Part shown: one piece after another, positions 46,969 to 57,134 of the stretch | How positions within the stretch are numbered: position 1 is the first letter of the stretch | Layout: every line of letters begins with the position of its first letter | Assembly: GCA_050248815.1 (NCBI GenBank) | Contig: JBFWRR010000007.1 | Span: 5,335-69,334, forward strand | Length of the DNA stretch: 64,000 bases | Direction of reading: 5' to 3' | DNA from: Pseudonocardia sp. | Lineage (GTDB): Bacteria; Actinomycetota; Actinomycetes; Mycobacteriales; Pseudonocardiaceae | Program-made: the position numbers and the translations under genes | Notes under the pieces: model-generated | What the model saw: only the letters and a program-made list of their open reading frames with translations | What the model was told of the DNA's origin: nothing | Database searches by the model: none

Positions 46969-47197
46969 GTTTCTCGTTCTCTCCAGGCGGGAGCGGACCA
47001 GCTTCGTACCTGACCGACGAGCGAGGCAACCGCCGGTTTCGGCTCCGGCACCAAGTTGGTCCGACCGAGCCTGGCCGGCTGCCCGGGGTCGCGTCCGAAC
47101 GGTCCGATACGGCTACGGCACTTCCGCCGGGACCGCGGCAGGGTGCCGGGCGGGCGCGCGGCCCCGGCACCGCCCGATCCGGACCGTGTCGTTCCGC

Positions 47198-47611
47198 TCA
47201 CTCCGTGCAGCTGCCGACGATCTTGTCGATCTCCACGTCCAGGTTGATGTGGCGTGACTCGTCACCGAACGCCACGACCTCGAGGGAGGCGTCCACGAAA
47301 TGACGCAGCATGTCGCGGTCCACCTCCAGGACCGCGCGTCCCTCCGAGGAGCAGATCTCGATCTCCACGACGTCGTAGCCGTGCACCTCGCACGGTCGCA
47401 TCCGGATGTCGCCCTCGCCGACCGGGCCGGCGAGGGAGGCGATCACCAGCTCGCGCCCGACCAGCCACTCGACCCAGCGGTCCTTCCTGGTCCGGACCGC
47501 GACGGTGATCGCGAACGGGTCCGACGCGTCGTAGCTCCAGCGCGTCACGATCGGCGCGGGCTGCCCGTGCAGCACGGTGAACATGTCCTGCTGGACCGAG
47601 CTGGTCGTCAT
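47198..47611 (-). CDS. SsgA-like sporulation/cell-division protein (SALP)
   Basis: WSYDASDPFAI, VEWLVGRELV, GEGDIRMRP, SSEGRAVLE, FVDAS..VV..GDE; SD GGGAG. Confidence 0.88.
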   Translation of the reverse strand: MTTSSVQQDMFTVLHGQPAPIVTRWSYDASDPFAITVAVRTRKDRWVEWLVGRELVIASLAGPVGEGDIRMRPCEVHGYDVVEIEICSSEGRAVLEVDRDMLRHFVDASLEVVAFGDESRHINLDVEIDKIVGSCTE

Positions 47612-47744
47612 GGTCGCTCCCAGTGCCGCGGAGGTGGCCGGGCGCCACGTGCGCCGACCTCACCTGGGCATCGCGGGCCGCGACCCGAACGCACCACCCC
47701 GCATCCGGGTTCACCCGAACAGGGGCGCGCACGGGACGGACGGC

Positions 47745-48224
47745 TCATGAGCCAGGTGCGATCGCGGCCCGCGAGACGACCCAGATGCCGCGGGGACCGG
47801 TGCGTCCGGGCTGCACCAGCACCAGGTGCGCGACGGTCCCGCCGGGTCCATGCAGGGTCACCGACAGCTCCGGGCCCCCGCCGGAGTGGCCGCCGAGCAG
47901 CTCCGCGGAGGCGTCCGGCCAGCCATAGGCGGCGGCGCCGAAGGCCGTGGCCACCGATTCCGGGTCGAGCAGCCACGGCTGGGCCCCGGCGTCCACCCGT
48001 TCCTGCACGACGGCGACCCCGGGGCCACCCACGGGCCAGGGCAGCGGCGGGTCGGGGGCCGCCGCCGTCGGGAGCGCTCCCGTCGAGGGCGCTCCCGTCG
48101 AGGGCGCAACCGGGGGAGCGGGAGGGGCGTCCGCTCGCCCGGCCGCTGCGCAGCCGCCGAGCGTGAGCACCAGCGGCAGGGCCGCCCCGAGCAGGACGGG
48201 GACGACGGGCAGCCCGCGCTCCAT
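47745..48224 (-). CDS. Putative lipoprotein
   Basis: Hydrophobic signal peptide with lipobox LGGC, a Pro-rich linker, then QERVDAGAQPWLLDP...QPGRTGPRGIWVV. It is the tail of track ORF 47745..50114. Confidence 0.7.
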   Translation of the reverse strand: MERGLPVVPVLLGAALPLVLTLGGCAAAGRADAPPAPPVAPSTGAPSTGALPTAAAPDPPLPWPVGGPGVAVVQERVDAGAQPWLLDPESVATAFGAAAYGWPDASAELLGGHSGGGPELSVTLHGPGGTVAHLVLVQPGRTGPRGIWVVSRAAIAPGS

Positions 48225-48332
48225 GGCGGGCACGGTAGCGGCGGGCTTCGCGAACCCCCCCGTCGGGAGGTAGGGCGGGTTCGCGTTCGTCACTAGGGTC
48301 GGTCGTGAACGACAGTCGATCCTCGTGAGGCG

Positions 48333-50042
48333 ATGTCCATGAATCCTTCGGCCCGGTCCTTCTACGCGGCCCGTGAGTTCCTGTTCACCCACCGCGAGGA
48401 CTACGGGACTGCCTACCGGGAGTTCCGCTGGCCCGAGATCGGCGAGTTCAACTGGGCGCTCGACCACTTCGACGCCGTCGCCGCGGATCCCGAGCGCGGG
48501 GCCCGCCGCGCGCTGTGGATCGTCGAGCAGGACGGCTCCGAGGCGCACTGGACCTTCGCCGAGCTCGCCGAGCGCTCGAACCGGGTCGCGAACTGGCTGC
48601 GGGACCAGGGCGTGGCCCGTGGCGACCGCCTCGTCCTCATGCTGGGCAACCAGCTGGAGCTGTGGGAGACGCTGCTCGCCGCGATGAAGATCGGCGCCGT
48701 CGTCATCCCGGCCACGACGCTGCTGGTGGCGGGCGACCTGCGCGACCGCATCGACCGGGGGGCGGCCCGCCACGTCGTCGTCGGTGCGGCCGACACCGGG
48801 AAGTTCGACGGGGTGGAGGGCGACTACACGCGGATCGCCGTGCGGTCCCCGGACGGGGTGGCGCCGCAGGGCTGGCTGCGCTACGAGGACGCGTACGAGG
48901 CCCCGGCTGAGTTCACCCCGGACGGTGTCACCCGCGGCGAGGACACGCTGCTGCTCTACTTCACCTCCGGCACGACCGCCAAGCCCAAGCTCGTCGAGCA
49001 CACCCACGCCTCCTACCCGGTGGGGCATCTGTCGACGGTCTACTGGATCGGGCTGGAGCCGGGCGACGTCCACCTCAACATCTCCTCGCCCGGCTGGGCC
49101 AAGCACGCGTGGAGCAACGTCTTCGCGCCGTGGATCGCCGAGGCGTGCGTGCTCGTCATGAACTACGCGAAGTTCGACGCCGCGAGCGTGCTGAGCGTGC
49201 TGGACCGCTGCGGGGTGGACAGCTTCTGCGCCCCGCCCACGGTGTGGCGGATGCTGATCCAGGCGGACCTCTCCTCCCTCGCGAAGCCCCCGTCGAAGGT
49301 CGTCGGGGCGGGCGAGCCCCTCAACCCCGAGGTCATCGAGCAGATCGAGAAGGCGTGGGGCGTGCGGATCCGGGACGGCTTCGGCCAGACCGAGACCACG
49401 CTGCAGATCGGCAACTCGCCCGGCCAGACCGTCAAGCCCGGCTCGATGGGCCGTCCGATCCCCGGGTACCCGATCGTGCTCGTCGACCCCGCCACCGGCG
49501 CCACCGACGTGGACGAGGGCGAGATCTGCATCGACCTGTCCCGACGGCCGCTCGGGCTCATGGTCGGCTACGCGGGCGACCCGGAGCGCAACGCCGAGGC
49601 GATGGCGGGCGGCTATTACCACACCGGTGACGTCGGCTCCCGGGACGCGGACGGCTACATCACCTACGTCGGGCGCGCCGACGACGTGTTCAAGGCCTCG
49701 GACTACCGGATCTCGCCGTTCGAGCTGGAGAGCGTGCTCATCGAGCACCCCGCCGTCGCGGAGGCGGCGGTCGTGCCGTCGCCGGACCCGCTGCGCCTGG
49801 CCGTCCCGAAGGCCTACGTGGTGCTCGCGGCGGGTCACGAACCGAACGAGGAGACCGCGCGCTCGATCCTCGAGTTCGCCCGCGACAACCTGGCCCCCTT
49901 CAAGCGCGTCCGGCGCCTGGAGTTCTTCGACCTGCCGAAGACGATCTCCGGCAAGATCCGCCGTGTCGAGCTGCGTGGTCGGGAGGGAGAACTGCACGCC
50001 GACGCGTCGAACCAGCCGCCCGGCGAGTACACACTTTCGTGA
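48333..50042 (+). CDS. AMP-binding acyl-CoA synthetase (medium/short chain)
   Basis: YFTSGTTAKPK, GAGEPLN, DGFGQTE, YHTGD, GRADD, PKTISGKIRR. Confidence 0.95.
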   Translation: MSMNPSARSFYAAREFLFTHREDYGTAYREFRWPEIGEFNWALDHFDAVAADPERGARRALWIVEQDGSEAHWTFAELAERSNRVANWLRDQGVARGDRLVLMLGNQLELWETLLAAMKIGAVVIPATTLLVAGDLRDRIDRGAARHVVVGAADTGKFDGVEGDYTRIAVRSPDGVAPQGWLRYEDAYEAPAEFTPDGVTRGEDTLLLYFTSGTTAKPKLVEHTHASYPVGHLSTVYWIGLEPGDVHLNISSPGWAKHAWSNVFAPWIAEACVLVMNYAKFDAASVLSVLDRCGVDSFCAPPTVWRMLIQADLSSLAKPPSKVVGAGEPLNPEVIEQIEKAWGVRIRDGFGQTETTLQIGNSPGQTVKPGSMGRPIPGYPIVLVDPATGATDVDEGEICIDLSRRPLGLMVGYAGDPERNAEAMAGGYYHTGDVGSRDADGYITYVGRADDVFKASDYRISPFELESVLIEHPAVAEAAVVPSPDPLRLAVPKAYVVLAAGHEPNEETARSILEFARDNLAPFKRVRRLEFFDLPKTISGKIRRVELRGREGELHADASNQPPGEYTLS

Positions 50043-50143
50043 CGCAACCCGCTGCTCACCGCCGATCGACCGGATCCCGCCGGTCGCCGGATCGCGTTCC
50101 ATCGGCCGCGACATGACCGAGGGGGCGATGGTGTGCTGAGCCG

Positions 50144-50353
50144 GTGAGCACCTCGACGAGGTCCGTGGCCCCCCTGGCGGAGGTCATGGCCGGCATGCCG
50201 GAGGTCTGGCGCACGCTGCTCGTCGCGCACGTGCCGGACCGCTTCGGGCACTGCACCACCTGCAGGCACAGCGTGAGCGGGTCCGCGCCGCGCTGGCCGT
50301 GCACCCTGCACCGCATCGCGAGCGACGCACAGCGGATGGCCGAGGAGGTCTGA
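50144..50353 (+). CDS. Small hypothetical protein (69 aa), H-x-PD-x2-G-x-C-x2-C...WPC motif
   Basis: Alignable by eye to 46771..46968; fills the gap after the acyl-CoA synthetase. Confidence 0.7.
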   Translation: MSTSTRSVAPLAEVMAGMPEVWRTLLVAHVPDRFGHCTTCRHSVSGSAPRWPCTLHRIASDAQRMAEEV

Positions 50354-50369
50354 CCGGTCACGTCGGGAC

Positions 50370-50880
50370 GGGGCCGGGCTCACCGGCGCGCGGGCGCGTG
50401 CCGGGTCGAGCAGCAGGCGCTCCGCTCCGTGGCGGGCCACGACCTGCAGGCCCACCGGGGCGCCGTAGCGCGTGCGCCCGGCCGGCACGGTCACCGCCGG
50501 GTGACCGGAGAGGTTGGACGCCCAGGTCAGCGCGACGCTCAGTTGCTCCCCGAGGCCGTCGTGCCCGTCCGGCGGGCCCGGTGTCGTGGGGGTCAGGAGG
50601 AGGTCGGCGTCCGCGAAGAGCGCCGCGAGCCGCCGGTCGTCGTCGGCGCGCAGGGCGAGCGCGGTGGCGGGGGTGACGCACGCGGGTCCGAGCGCAGCGC
50701 GGCCGGTGCCGTCCAGGCGGGTGCCGGGTCCCGCGGTGTCACCGCGACGTCGCACCAGGACAGGCCCGTGTCGGTCGCGAGGCGCTCCGCCGCGACCGCG
50801 GCAACCGCGCCCGCCGACGAACCGCCCGGCGACAGGTCCGCCCGCCACGGGTCGCGGGTCGGTCCGCGCTCGCCGGGACC
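50370..50880 (-). pseudogene. Amidase-signature family remnant
   Basis: One frame gives GPTRDPWRADLSPGGSSAGAVAAVAA; another gives LFADADLLLTPTTP...NLSGHPAVTVPAG...PVGLQVVARHGAERLLL. The N-terminus and the GSDxGGSIR nucleophile block are missing. Confidence 0.85.
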
Positions 50881-50890
50881 GCGGGCACGG

Positions 50891-50950
50891 CGGGGCTCGG
50901 CGGGGCTCGGCGGGGCTCGGTAGGGCTCGGTGGGGCTCAGCGGGGCTCAG
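50891..50950. repeat. 10-bp tandem repeat x6
   Basis: CGGGGCTCGG x3, TAGGGCTCGG, TGGGGCTCAG, CGGGGCTCAG. Confidence 0.93.
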
Positions 50951-51576
50951 CGGCGGAAGTGGCCCGGCCACTCGCCGTACGGGATGCGGGTGATGTCGAG
51001 GACCTCCCCGATCGTCGACCACTCGTTGCGCCCCAGCCGGGCCAGCGGGCGCAGCTTGTCGACCATCGGCAGGCCCCCTTCGGCCGGGTCGCCGTCCAGG
51101 ACGTCCGTGGCGATACTCGCGTGCACCACCCGCCCGATGACCACCGTGCAGTCGCCCAGGGTCAGGTCCCGCTCCAGGCGGCACTCGAACGCCACCGGCG
51201 ACTGCGCCACCCGCGACGGCGCCACGAGCGCGCTCGGCTCAGCAGTGAGCCCCACCGCACCGAACTCGCTCACACCCGCCGGGAAGTTCGTTCCCGTGGC
51301 GTTGACCTGCTCGAACAACCACTCCGGCGCGAGGCAGACGACGAACTCGCCCGTCTGGCGCACATTGGCGAGCGAGTCCTTCACGCCGACGGAGGTGAAC
51401 TGGAGCATCGGCGGGGTCACGCACGCCACGGTGAAGAACGAGTGCGGCGCGAGGTTGTCCACCCCGTCGGCCGATCGGGTCGAGACCCACGCGATCGGCC
51501 GCGGCACCACGCTCGCCGTGAGGAGCTTGTAGAACCGTCGGGCGCCGAGCTCGCCGGGGTCCAGGTCGGTGCGCAT
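50947..51576 (-). CDS. Flavin reductase-like (DIM6/NTAB family) FMN-binding protein
   Basis: VVPRPIAWVST, NLAPHSFF, KDSLANV, SPVAFECRL, LARLG. Confidence 0.92.
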   Translation of the reverse strand: MRTDLDPGELGARRFYKLLTASVVPRPIAWVSTRSADGVDNLAPHSFFTVACVTPPMLQFTSVGVKDSLANVRQTGEFVVCLAPEWLFEQVNATGTNFPAGVSEFGAVGLTAEPSALVAPSRVAQSPVAFECRLERDLTLGDCTVVIGRVVHASIATDVLDGDPAEGGLPMVDKLRPLARLGRNEWSTIGEVLDITRIPYGEWPGHFRR

Positions 51577-51608
51577 GCCTGCGATCCTGCCCCGTAACCT
51601 CGCCCGCC

Positions 51609-52550
51609 GTGCGGGGACGTGTGCTCGGTCTGCTGGTCGGCGCGGTCGCGGACGCGCTGCTCGGCGATCCCCGGCGGGGTCACCCGGTCGCCGGCTTCGG
51701 GCGGGTCGCTGCGGCGCTGGAGCAGCGCTGGTACGCGGACTCGCGGGCGGCGGGCGCGGCCTACACCGCTGCCCTGGTCGGTGGCACGGTCCTGCTCGGC
51801 GTCCTGGCCGAGCGGCTCCCGGCCCGGACGCTGACGACGGCGGCGGCGACGTTCGTCGTCCTCGGTGGTGGATCGCTCGCCCGGGAGGGCGACGCCCTGG
51901 CCGGGGAGCTGTGCCGCGGGGATCTCGCCGCGGCCCGCCGCCGGATCCCGAGCCTGTGCGGGCGCGATCCCGCGTCGCTCGACGCGGCGGGCATCGCCCG
52001 GGCCGGCACGGAGTCGCTGGCGGAGAACACCTCGGACGCCGTGGTCGCGCCGCTGCTCTGGGGCGCGGTCGCGGGCGTGCCGGGTCTGCTCGGATACCGC
52101 GCGGTGAACACGCTGGACGCGATGATCGGCTATCGCTCGCCGCGCCTGCTGCGCTTCGGTTGGGCCGCCGCCCGGCTCGACGACATCGTCAACTGGGTCC
52201 CTGCGCGGGTGACGGCCGTGCTCACGGCCGCGGTGGCGCCGCTGGTCGGCGGCTCGCCGCGGGCGGTGCTGCGAGCGTGGCGGCGCGACGCCGCCGCGCA
52301 TCCCAGCCCGAACGCGGGTCCCGTCGAGGCGGCGGCCGCCGGGGCACTCGGCGTGAGGCTCGGGGGGCTCACCGTGTACGCGCACGGGCTGGAGCAGCGC
52401 CCGGTGCTCGGCTCGGGTCCGCCGCCCGCGCCGGCGGACCTGCGGCGGGCGGCGCGGCTGTCGAGGCTGGTGGGCGCCGCCGCTGTACTGGTCGCCGTCC
52501 TGGTCGCTGCCCCGACCGCCGGTCTCGCCTCGAGGACGCCGGTGCGCTGA
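51609..52550 (+). CDS. cobD: Adenosylcobinamide-phosphate synthase CbiB/CobD
   Basis: GDPRRGHPVAGFG, ESLAENTSDAVVAPL, YRAVNTLDAMIGY, HPSPNAG. Confidence 0.95.
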   Translation: MRGRVLGLLVGAVADALLGDPRRGHPVAGFGRVAAALEQRWYADSRAAGAAYTAALVGGTVLLGVLAERLPARTLTTAAATFVVLGGGSLAREGDALAGELCRGDLAAARRRIPSLCGRDPASLDAAGIARAGTESLAENTSDAVVAPLLWGAVAGVPGLLGYRAVNTLDAMIGYRSPRLLRFGWAAARLDDIVNWVPARVTAVLTAAVAPLVGGSPRAVLRAWRRDAAAHPSPNAGPVEAAAAGALGVRLGGLTVYAHGLEQRPVLGSGPPPAPADLRRAARLSRLVGAAAVLVAVLVAAPTAGLASRTPVR

Positions 52551-52589
52551 TCGACGGCACGCCGCCGTTCTCGACGGCGTCCGCCGAGG

Positions 52590-53390
52590 TCAGGAGCCGT
52601 CGTCGTCGCCCGCGAGGGCCCGGCGCAGGGCGGTGCGCTCCTCGGCGCGGGTGGGCCGGCCGCGGCGCTGCAGCATCTCCAGCCGGATGAACCAGGCGAG
52701 CGCGAACAGCGCGATCGCGCCGAAGGAGAGCCACTGCAGCGCGTAGGAGAAGTTCGTGAACGGCGCCCCACCCGACGGCGCCTCGACCGGCAGCGGGGTC
52801 AGCACGCCCGGCTGCTCCGCCGCGAGCTGGACGAACCCGGCGACGAGCGGCAGGCCCGTCGCCTCGGCGAGGACGGCGGCGTCGGGTGCGTAGACCTGGA
52901 GCCGCCCGTCCGCCCGGAACGGGGGACGCGCGTTCGGGTCCTGCTGGTCCGGGCGCAGCCGGCCCAGCAGGGTCACCTCGCCGGTCGGTGCGGCGGCGTG
53001 GTCCGGGACGACCGACCCGTCCTCGGAGGTGACGGTGCCGCGGTCCACGACAATCACCGTGCCGTCCGCCGTCCGGAACGGGGTCAGCACCTCCATCGCG
53101 GGCTTGCCGTCGACGACCCGCAACCGCACGAGCGCCTCGCCGCCGGGCAGGTAGGAGCCGGTGAGCGTGACCTGGCGCCACTCGTCGGGCTGCTGCACGC
53201 CGTCCGGGCCGACGAGCGTGGCCAGGGGCACCGGGGGCGTCGCCGACGCGGCCGCGATCGCCGCCTCCTCGGATTCCCGCTGCGCCTCCCGCCCGAACTG
53301 CCACGGCGCGAGCAGCGTGTAGCAGGCCACGACGAACCCGAGGACGGCGGCGACGAACGCCAGCCAGCCGGGTCGGAGCAGGAACCGCAC
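52590..53390 (-). CDS. SURF1 family membrane protein
   Basis: [43 protein letters not shown]; GTG lies 6 nt after TACGGT. Confidence 0.92.
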   Translation of the reverse strand: MRFLLRPGWLAFVAAVLGFVVACYTLLAPWQFGREAQRESEEAAIAAASATPPVPLATLVGPDGVQQPDEWRQVTLTGSYLPGGEALVRLRVVDGKPAMEVLTPFRTADGTVIVVDRGTVTSEDGSVVPDHAAAPTGEVTLLGRLRPDQQDPNARPPFRADGRLQVYAPDAAVLAEATGLPLVAGFVQLAAEQPGVLTPLPVEAPSGGAPFTNFSYALQWLSFGAIALFALAWFIRLEMLQRRGRPTRAEERTALRRALAGDDDGS

Positions 53391-53409
53391 GTCACTACCG
53401 TATGCCCTC

Positions 53410-54993
53410 GTGGGCGGGGCATTGCTGGTGGCGGGTACCACCTCGGATGCGGGGAAGAGCGCGCTGGTCGCCGGGATCTGCCGGTGGCTGCACCGCAGCG
53501 GGGTGTCGGTGGCGCCGTTCAAGGCGCAGAACATGAGCAACAACTCCGTCGTCACCGGGGACGGGGGTGAGATCGGACGGGCGCAGGCGATGCAGGCGGC
53601 GGCGTGCGGGCTCGCCCCGAGCGTCGCGTTCAACCCGGTGCTGCTCAAACCGGGCAGCGACCGGTCCGCGCAGGTGGTCGTGCACGGCCGGGCGACCGGG
53701 ACGGTGAGTGCGCGCTCCTACCGCGACCGCAAGCCCGAGCTGCTCGACACCGTCGCGGCCACCCTGGCCGGGCTGCGGGAGCGCTTCGACGTCGTCGTCT
53801 GCGAGGGTGCGGGGTCGCCCGCCGAGATCAACCTGCGCCCGACCGACATCGCGAACATGGGGCTGGCCGCCGCCGCGGACCTGCCCGTCGTCGTGGTCGG
53901 TGACATCGACCGCGGCGGGGTCCTCGCCCACCTGCTCGGGACGGTCGCGGTGCTGGACCCGGCCGACCAGGCGCGTATCGCCGGTTTCGTCGTCAACAAG
54001 TTCCGGGGCGACCCGGCCCTGCTCGCGCCCGGCCTGGCACAGCTGTCGGCGCTCACCGGCCGCCCCACCTACGGGGTGATCCCCTGGTCGGAACGGTTGT
54101 GGCTGGACGCCGAGGACTCGCTCTCCGCGGTCGCGGACGGCGTGCTCGGCCGCCCGGCGCCGCCGCGCGGGTCGCAGTGGCTGCGGGTCGGCGTCGTCCG
54201 GTTGCCGCGGATCTCCAACGCGACCGACGTCGAGGCGCTGGCGTGCGAGCCCGGCGTCGCCGTCCGGTACGTGACGGAGCCCTCGCGGCTCGCGGACGTC
54301 GATCTCGTGGTGCTGCCGGGCTCGAAGGCGACGGTGCCGGACCTCGCGTGGCTGCGGCGCACCGGGCTCGCGGACGCCGTGGCCGCGCACGCCCGCGCGG
54401 GCCGTCCGGTGCTGGGGATCTGCGGCGGCTTCCAGATGCTGGGCACCCGGATCGAGGATCCCCGCGGCGTCGAGGGGGGTTCGGCCGACGGGCTCGGCCT
54501 GCTGGACCTGGAGATCGTCTTCGACGAGCAGAAGCACCTCGGCAACCCGGTGGGGACGGCCCTCGGAGAGCCGGTGCGCGGCTACGAGATCCATCACGGT
54601 CGCGTGGTGCGCAGCGGGCACCGGGGGCTGGTGGACGGCACGGACGGCACGGAGGGCGCCGATGCGGGCGCCGTGCTGGGCACCCACTGGCACGGCCTGC
54701 TGGAGAACGACGGGTTCCGCCGCGTCCTGCTCGAGCGGGTCGCCGGGCGTGCCGGGCGCGCCGGGTTCGTCCCGGCCACCGACACGGACTTCGCCGCCGA
54801 GCGCGTCGCCCAGCTGGACCTGCTCGGGGACCTCGTCGAGACCCACCTCGACCTCACCGCACTGCGCGAGCTGATCGACGCAGGCGCCCCGGCGGGCCTG
54901 CCGACCGTGCGCACCGACCTGGGGCCGGCGCAGCCAGTTGCCGCGCCCGAGATCGCACCCGGCGGGCCGGCCGACCCCTCCGGAGGCCGCTGA
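53410..54993 (+). CDS. cobQ: Cobyric acid synthase
   Basis: [52 protein letters not shown]. Confidence 0.97.
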   Translation: MGGALLVAGTTSDAGKSALVAGICRWLHRSGVSVAPFKAQNMSNNSVVTGDGGEIGRAQAMQAAACGLAPSVAFNPVLLKPGSDRSAQVVVHGRATGTVSARSYRDRKPELLDTVAATLAGLRERFDVVVCEGAGSPAEINLRPTDIANMGLAAAADLPVVVVGDIDRGGVLAHLLGTVAVLDPADQARIAGFVVNKFRGDPALLAPGLAQLSALTGRPTYGVIPWSERLWLDAEDSLSAVADGVLGRPAPPRGSQWLRVGVVRLPRISNATDVEALACEPGVAVRYVTEPSRLADVDLVVLPGSKATVPDLAWLRRTGLADAVAAHARAGRPVLGICGGFQMLGTRIEDPRGVEGGSADGLGLLDLEIVFDEQKHLGNPVGTALGEPVRGYEIHHGRVVRSGHRGLVDGTDGTEGADAGAVLGTHWHGLLENDGFRRVLLERVAGRAGRAGFVPATDTDFAAERVAQLDLLGDLVETHLDLTALRELIDAGAPAGLPTVRTDLGPAQPVAAPEIAPGGPADPSGGR

Positions 54994-55055
54994 ACGCGAT
55001 CTCGGGAACGCGAACCGGCAGACTGCGTGAGCACCCGATCCGCCGAGGAGCCCCG

Positions 55056-57104
55056 TTGGACTTCTGCTCGCCGTACCGGCACGGCTTCCTGCGCGTCGCC
55101 GCCGCCACCCTCGTCACGTCGATCGCCCGCCCCGCCGAGAACGCCGCTGCCGTCCTCGCCACCGCCCGCGGATGCGCTGCCGAGGGGGTCGGCCTGGTCG
55201 TGTTCCCCGAGCTCACGCTGTCCGGGTATTCGATCGAGGACATCCTGCTGCAGGACGTCCTGCTCGACGAGGTGGAGCGCGCCCTCACCGAGGTGGTCGC
55301 CGCCTCGGCCGACCTGCTGCCGGTGCTGGTGGTCGGCGCGCCGCTGCGCCACGGCAACCGCGTCTACAACTGCGCCGCCGTGATCCACCGTGGCCGGGTG
55401 CTGGGGGTGGCGCCCAAGTCGTACCTGCCGACGTACCGGGAGTTCTACGAGCGCCGCCAGCTCGCCCCCGGCGACGACGCGTCGGGCACGATCCGCGTCG
55501 GCGGCGCGGACGTCCCGTTCGGGCCGGACCTGCTGTTCGCGGCCACGGACGTGGCGGGGTTCCTGCTGCACGTCGAGATCTGCGAGGACATGTGGGTGCC
55601 GGTCCCGCCGAGCGCGCAGGCCGCGTTGGCCGGCGCGACGGTGCTCGCGAACCTCTCCGGGAGTCCCATCACCGTCGGCCGCGCCGAGGACCGCAAGCTC
55701 ATGGCCCGCTCCGCGTCCGCGCGCTGCCTCGCCGCCTACGTCTACGCGGCGGCCGGGGAGGGCGAGTCGTCCACCGACCTCGCCTGGGACGGCCAGACGA
55801 TGATCTGGGAGAACGGGCTGCTGCTCGCCGAGACCGAGCGTTTCCCGCGGGGGCCGCGGCACTGCGTCGCCGACGTCGACCTCGACCTCCTGCGCGCCGA
55901 GCGCGCCCGCATGGGCACCTTCGACGACAACCGCCGCCACCACGCGCCGCAGACCCGCCGGATCGGGTTCCGCCTGGACCCGCCCGGCGGCGACATCGGG
56001 CTGCGCCGGGTCGTCGAACGCTTCCCGTTCGTCCCCGCCGACGAGGCGCGCCTTGAGCAGGACTGCTACGAGTCGTACTCGATCCAGGTCGCGGGCCTGG
56101 AGCAGCGGTTGCGCGCGATCGGGCAGCCGAAGGTCGTCATCGGGGTCTCCGGCGGGCTCGACTCCACCCACGCCCTGATCGTCGCCGCACGGGCGATGGA
56201 CCGCGAGGGCCGCCCGCGCAGCGACATCCTGGGATTCACCCTGCCCGGCTTCGCCACCGGCGAGCGGACGAAGGCCAACGCGCACCGGCTGATGGCCGCG
56301 CTCGGCGTCACCGCGCAGGAGATCGACATCACCGAGACGGCCCGGCTCATGCTCACCGAGCTGGGGCACCCGTTCTCCGCGGGCGAGCCCGTCTACGACG
56401 TCACGTTCGAGAACGTCCAGGCCGGGCTGCGCACCGACTACCTGTTCCGCGCGGCGAACCAGCGCGGCGGCATCGTGCTCGGGACGGGCGACCTGTCCGA
56501 GCTGGCGCTTGGCTGGTGCACCTACGGTGTCGGCGACCAGATGTCGCACTACAACGTCAACGGCGGGGTGCCCAAGACGCTGATCCAGCACCTCATCCGG
56601 TGGGTGGTGTCGTCCGGGCAGTTCAGCGCGGAGGTGGGGGAGGTGCTCACCGACATCCTGGACACCGAGATCACCCCCGAGCTCGTACCGGCCGACGCGG
56701 GCGGGCAGGTGCAGAGCACCGAGGCCACGATCGGGCCGTACAACCTGCAGGACTTCACCCTCTTCCACGTGCTGCGTCACGGCTTCCGGCCGTCGAAGAT
56801 CGCGTTCCTCGCCTGGCACGCGTGGCACGATGCCTGCTCGGGGGACTGGCCCGCGGGCTACCCGGAGTCGAAGCGGCCCGCCTACCCGCTGGGCGACATC
56901 CGCCACTGGATGGAGGTGTTCGTGCAGCGGTTCTACGGGTTCAGCCAGTTCAAGCGCTCGGCGCTGCCGAACGGGCCGAAGGTGTCGGCGGGTGGGTCGC
57001 TGTCGCCGCGGGGAGACTGGCGGGCGCCCTCGGACCTCTCGGCGGCGATCTGGCTGGACGAGCTGCGCAGGGAGGTACCGGTTGTCGACCCCGATAACAT
57101 CTGA
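55056..57104 (+). CDS. nadE: Glutamine-dependent NAD+ synthetase
   Basis: TTG start after GAGGAG; nitrilase domain (FPEL, EICEDMW) plus synthetase domain ([42 protein letters not shown]). Confidence 0.97.
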   Translation: MDFCSPYRHGFLRVAAATLVTSIARPAENAAAVLATARGCAAEGVGLVVFPELTLSGYSIEDILLQDVLLDEVERALTEVVAASADLLPVLVVGAPLRHGNRVYNCAAVIHRGRVLGVAPKSYLPTYREFYERRQLAPGDDASGTIRVGGADVPFGPDLLFAATDVAGFLLHVEICEDMWVPVPPSAQAALAGATVLANLSGSPITVGRAEDRKLMARSASARCLAAYVYAAAGEGESSTDLAWDGQTMIWENGLLLAETERFPRGPRHCVADVDLDLLRAERARMGTFDDNRRHHAPQTRRIGFRLDPPGGDIGLRRVVERFPFVPADEARLEQDCYESYSIQVAGLEQRLRAIGQPKVVIGVSGGLDSTHALIVAARAMDREGRPRSDILGFTLPGFATGERTKANAHRLMAALGVTAQEIDITETARLMLTELGHPFSAGEPVYDVTFENVQAGLRTDYLFRAANQRGGIVLGTGDLSELALGWCTYGVGDQMSHYNVNGGVPKTLIQHLIRWVVSSGQFSAEVGEVLTDILDTEITPELVPADAGGQVQSTEATIGPYNLQDFTLFHVLRHGFRPSKIAFLAWHAWHDACSGDWPAGYPESKRPAYPLGDIRHWMEVFVQRFYGFSQFKRSALPNGPKVSAGGSLSPRGDWRAPSDLSAAIWLDELRREVPVVDPDNI

Positions 57105-57134
57105 ACGTCTGCTCAAACGTGAAAGGGTTGGTGC

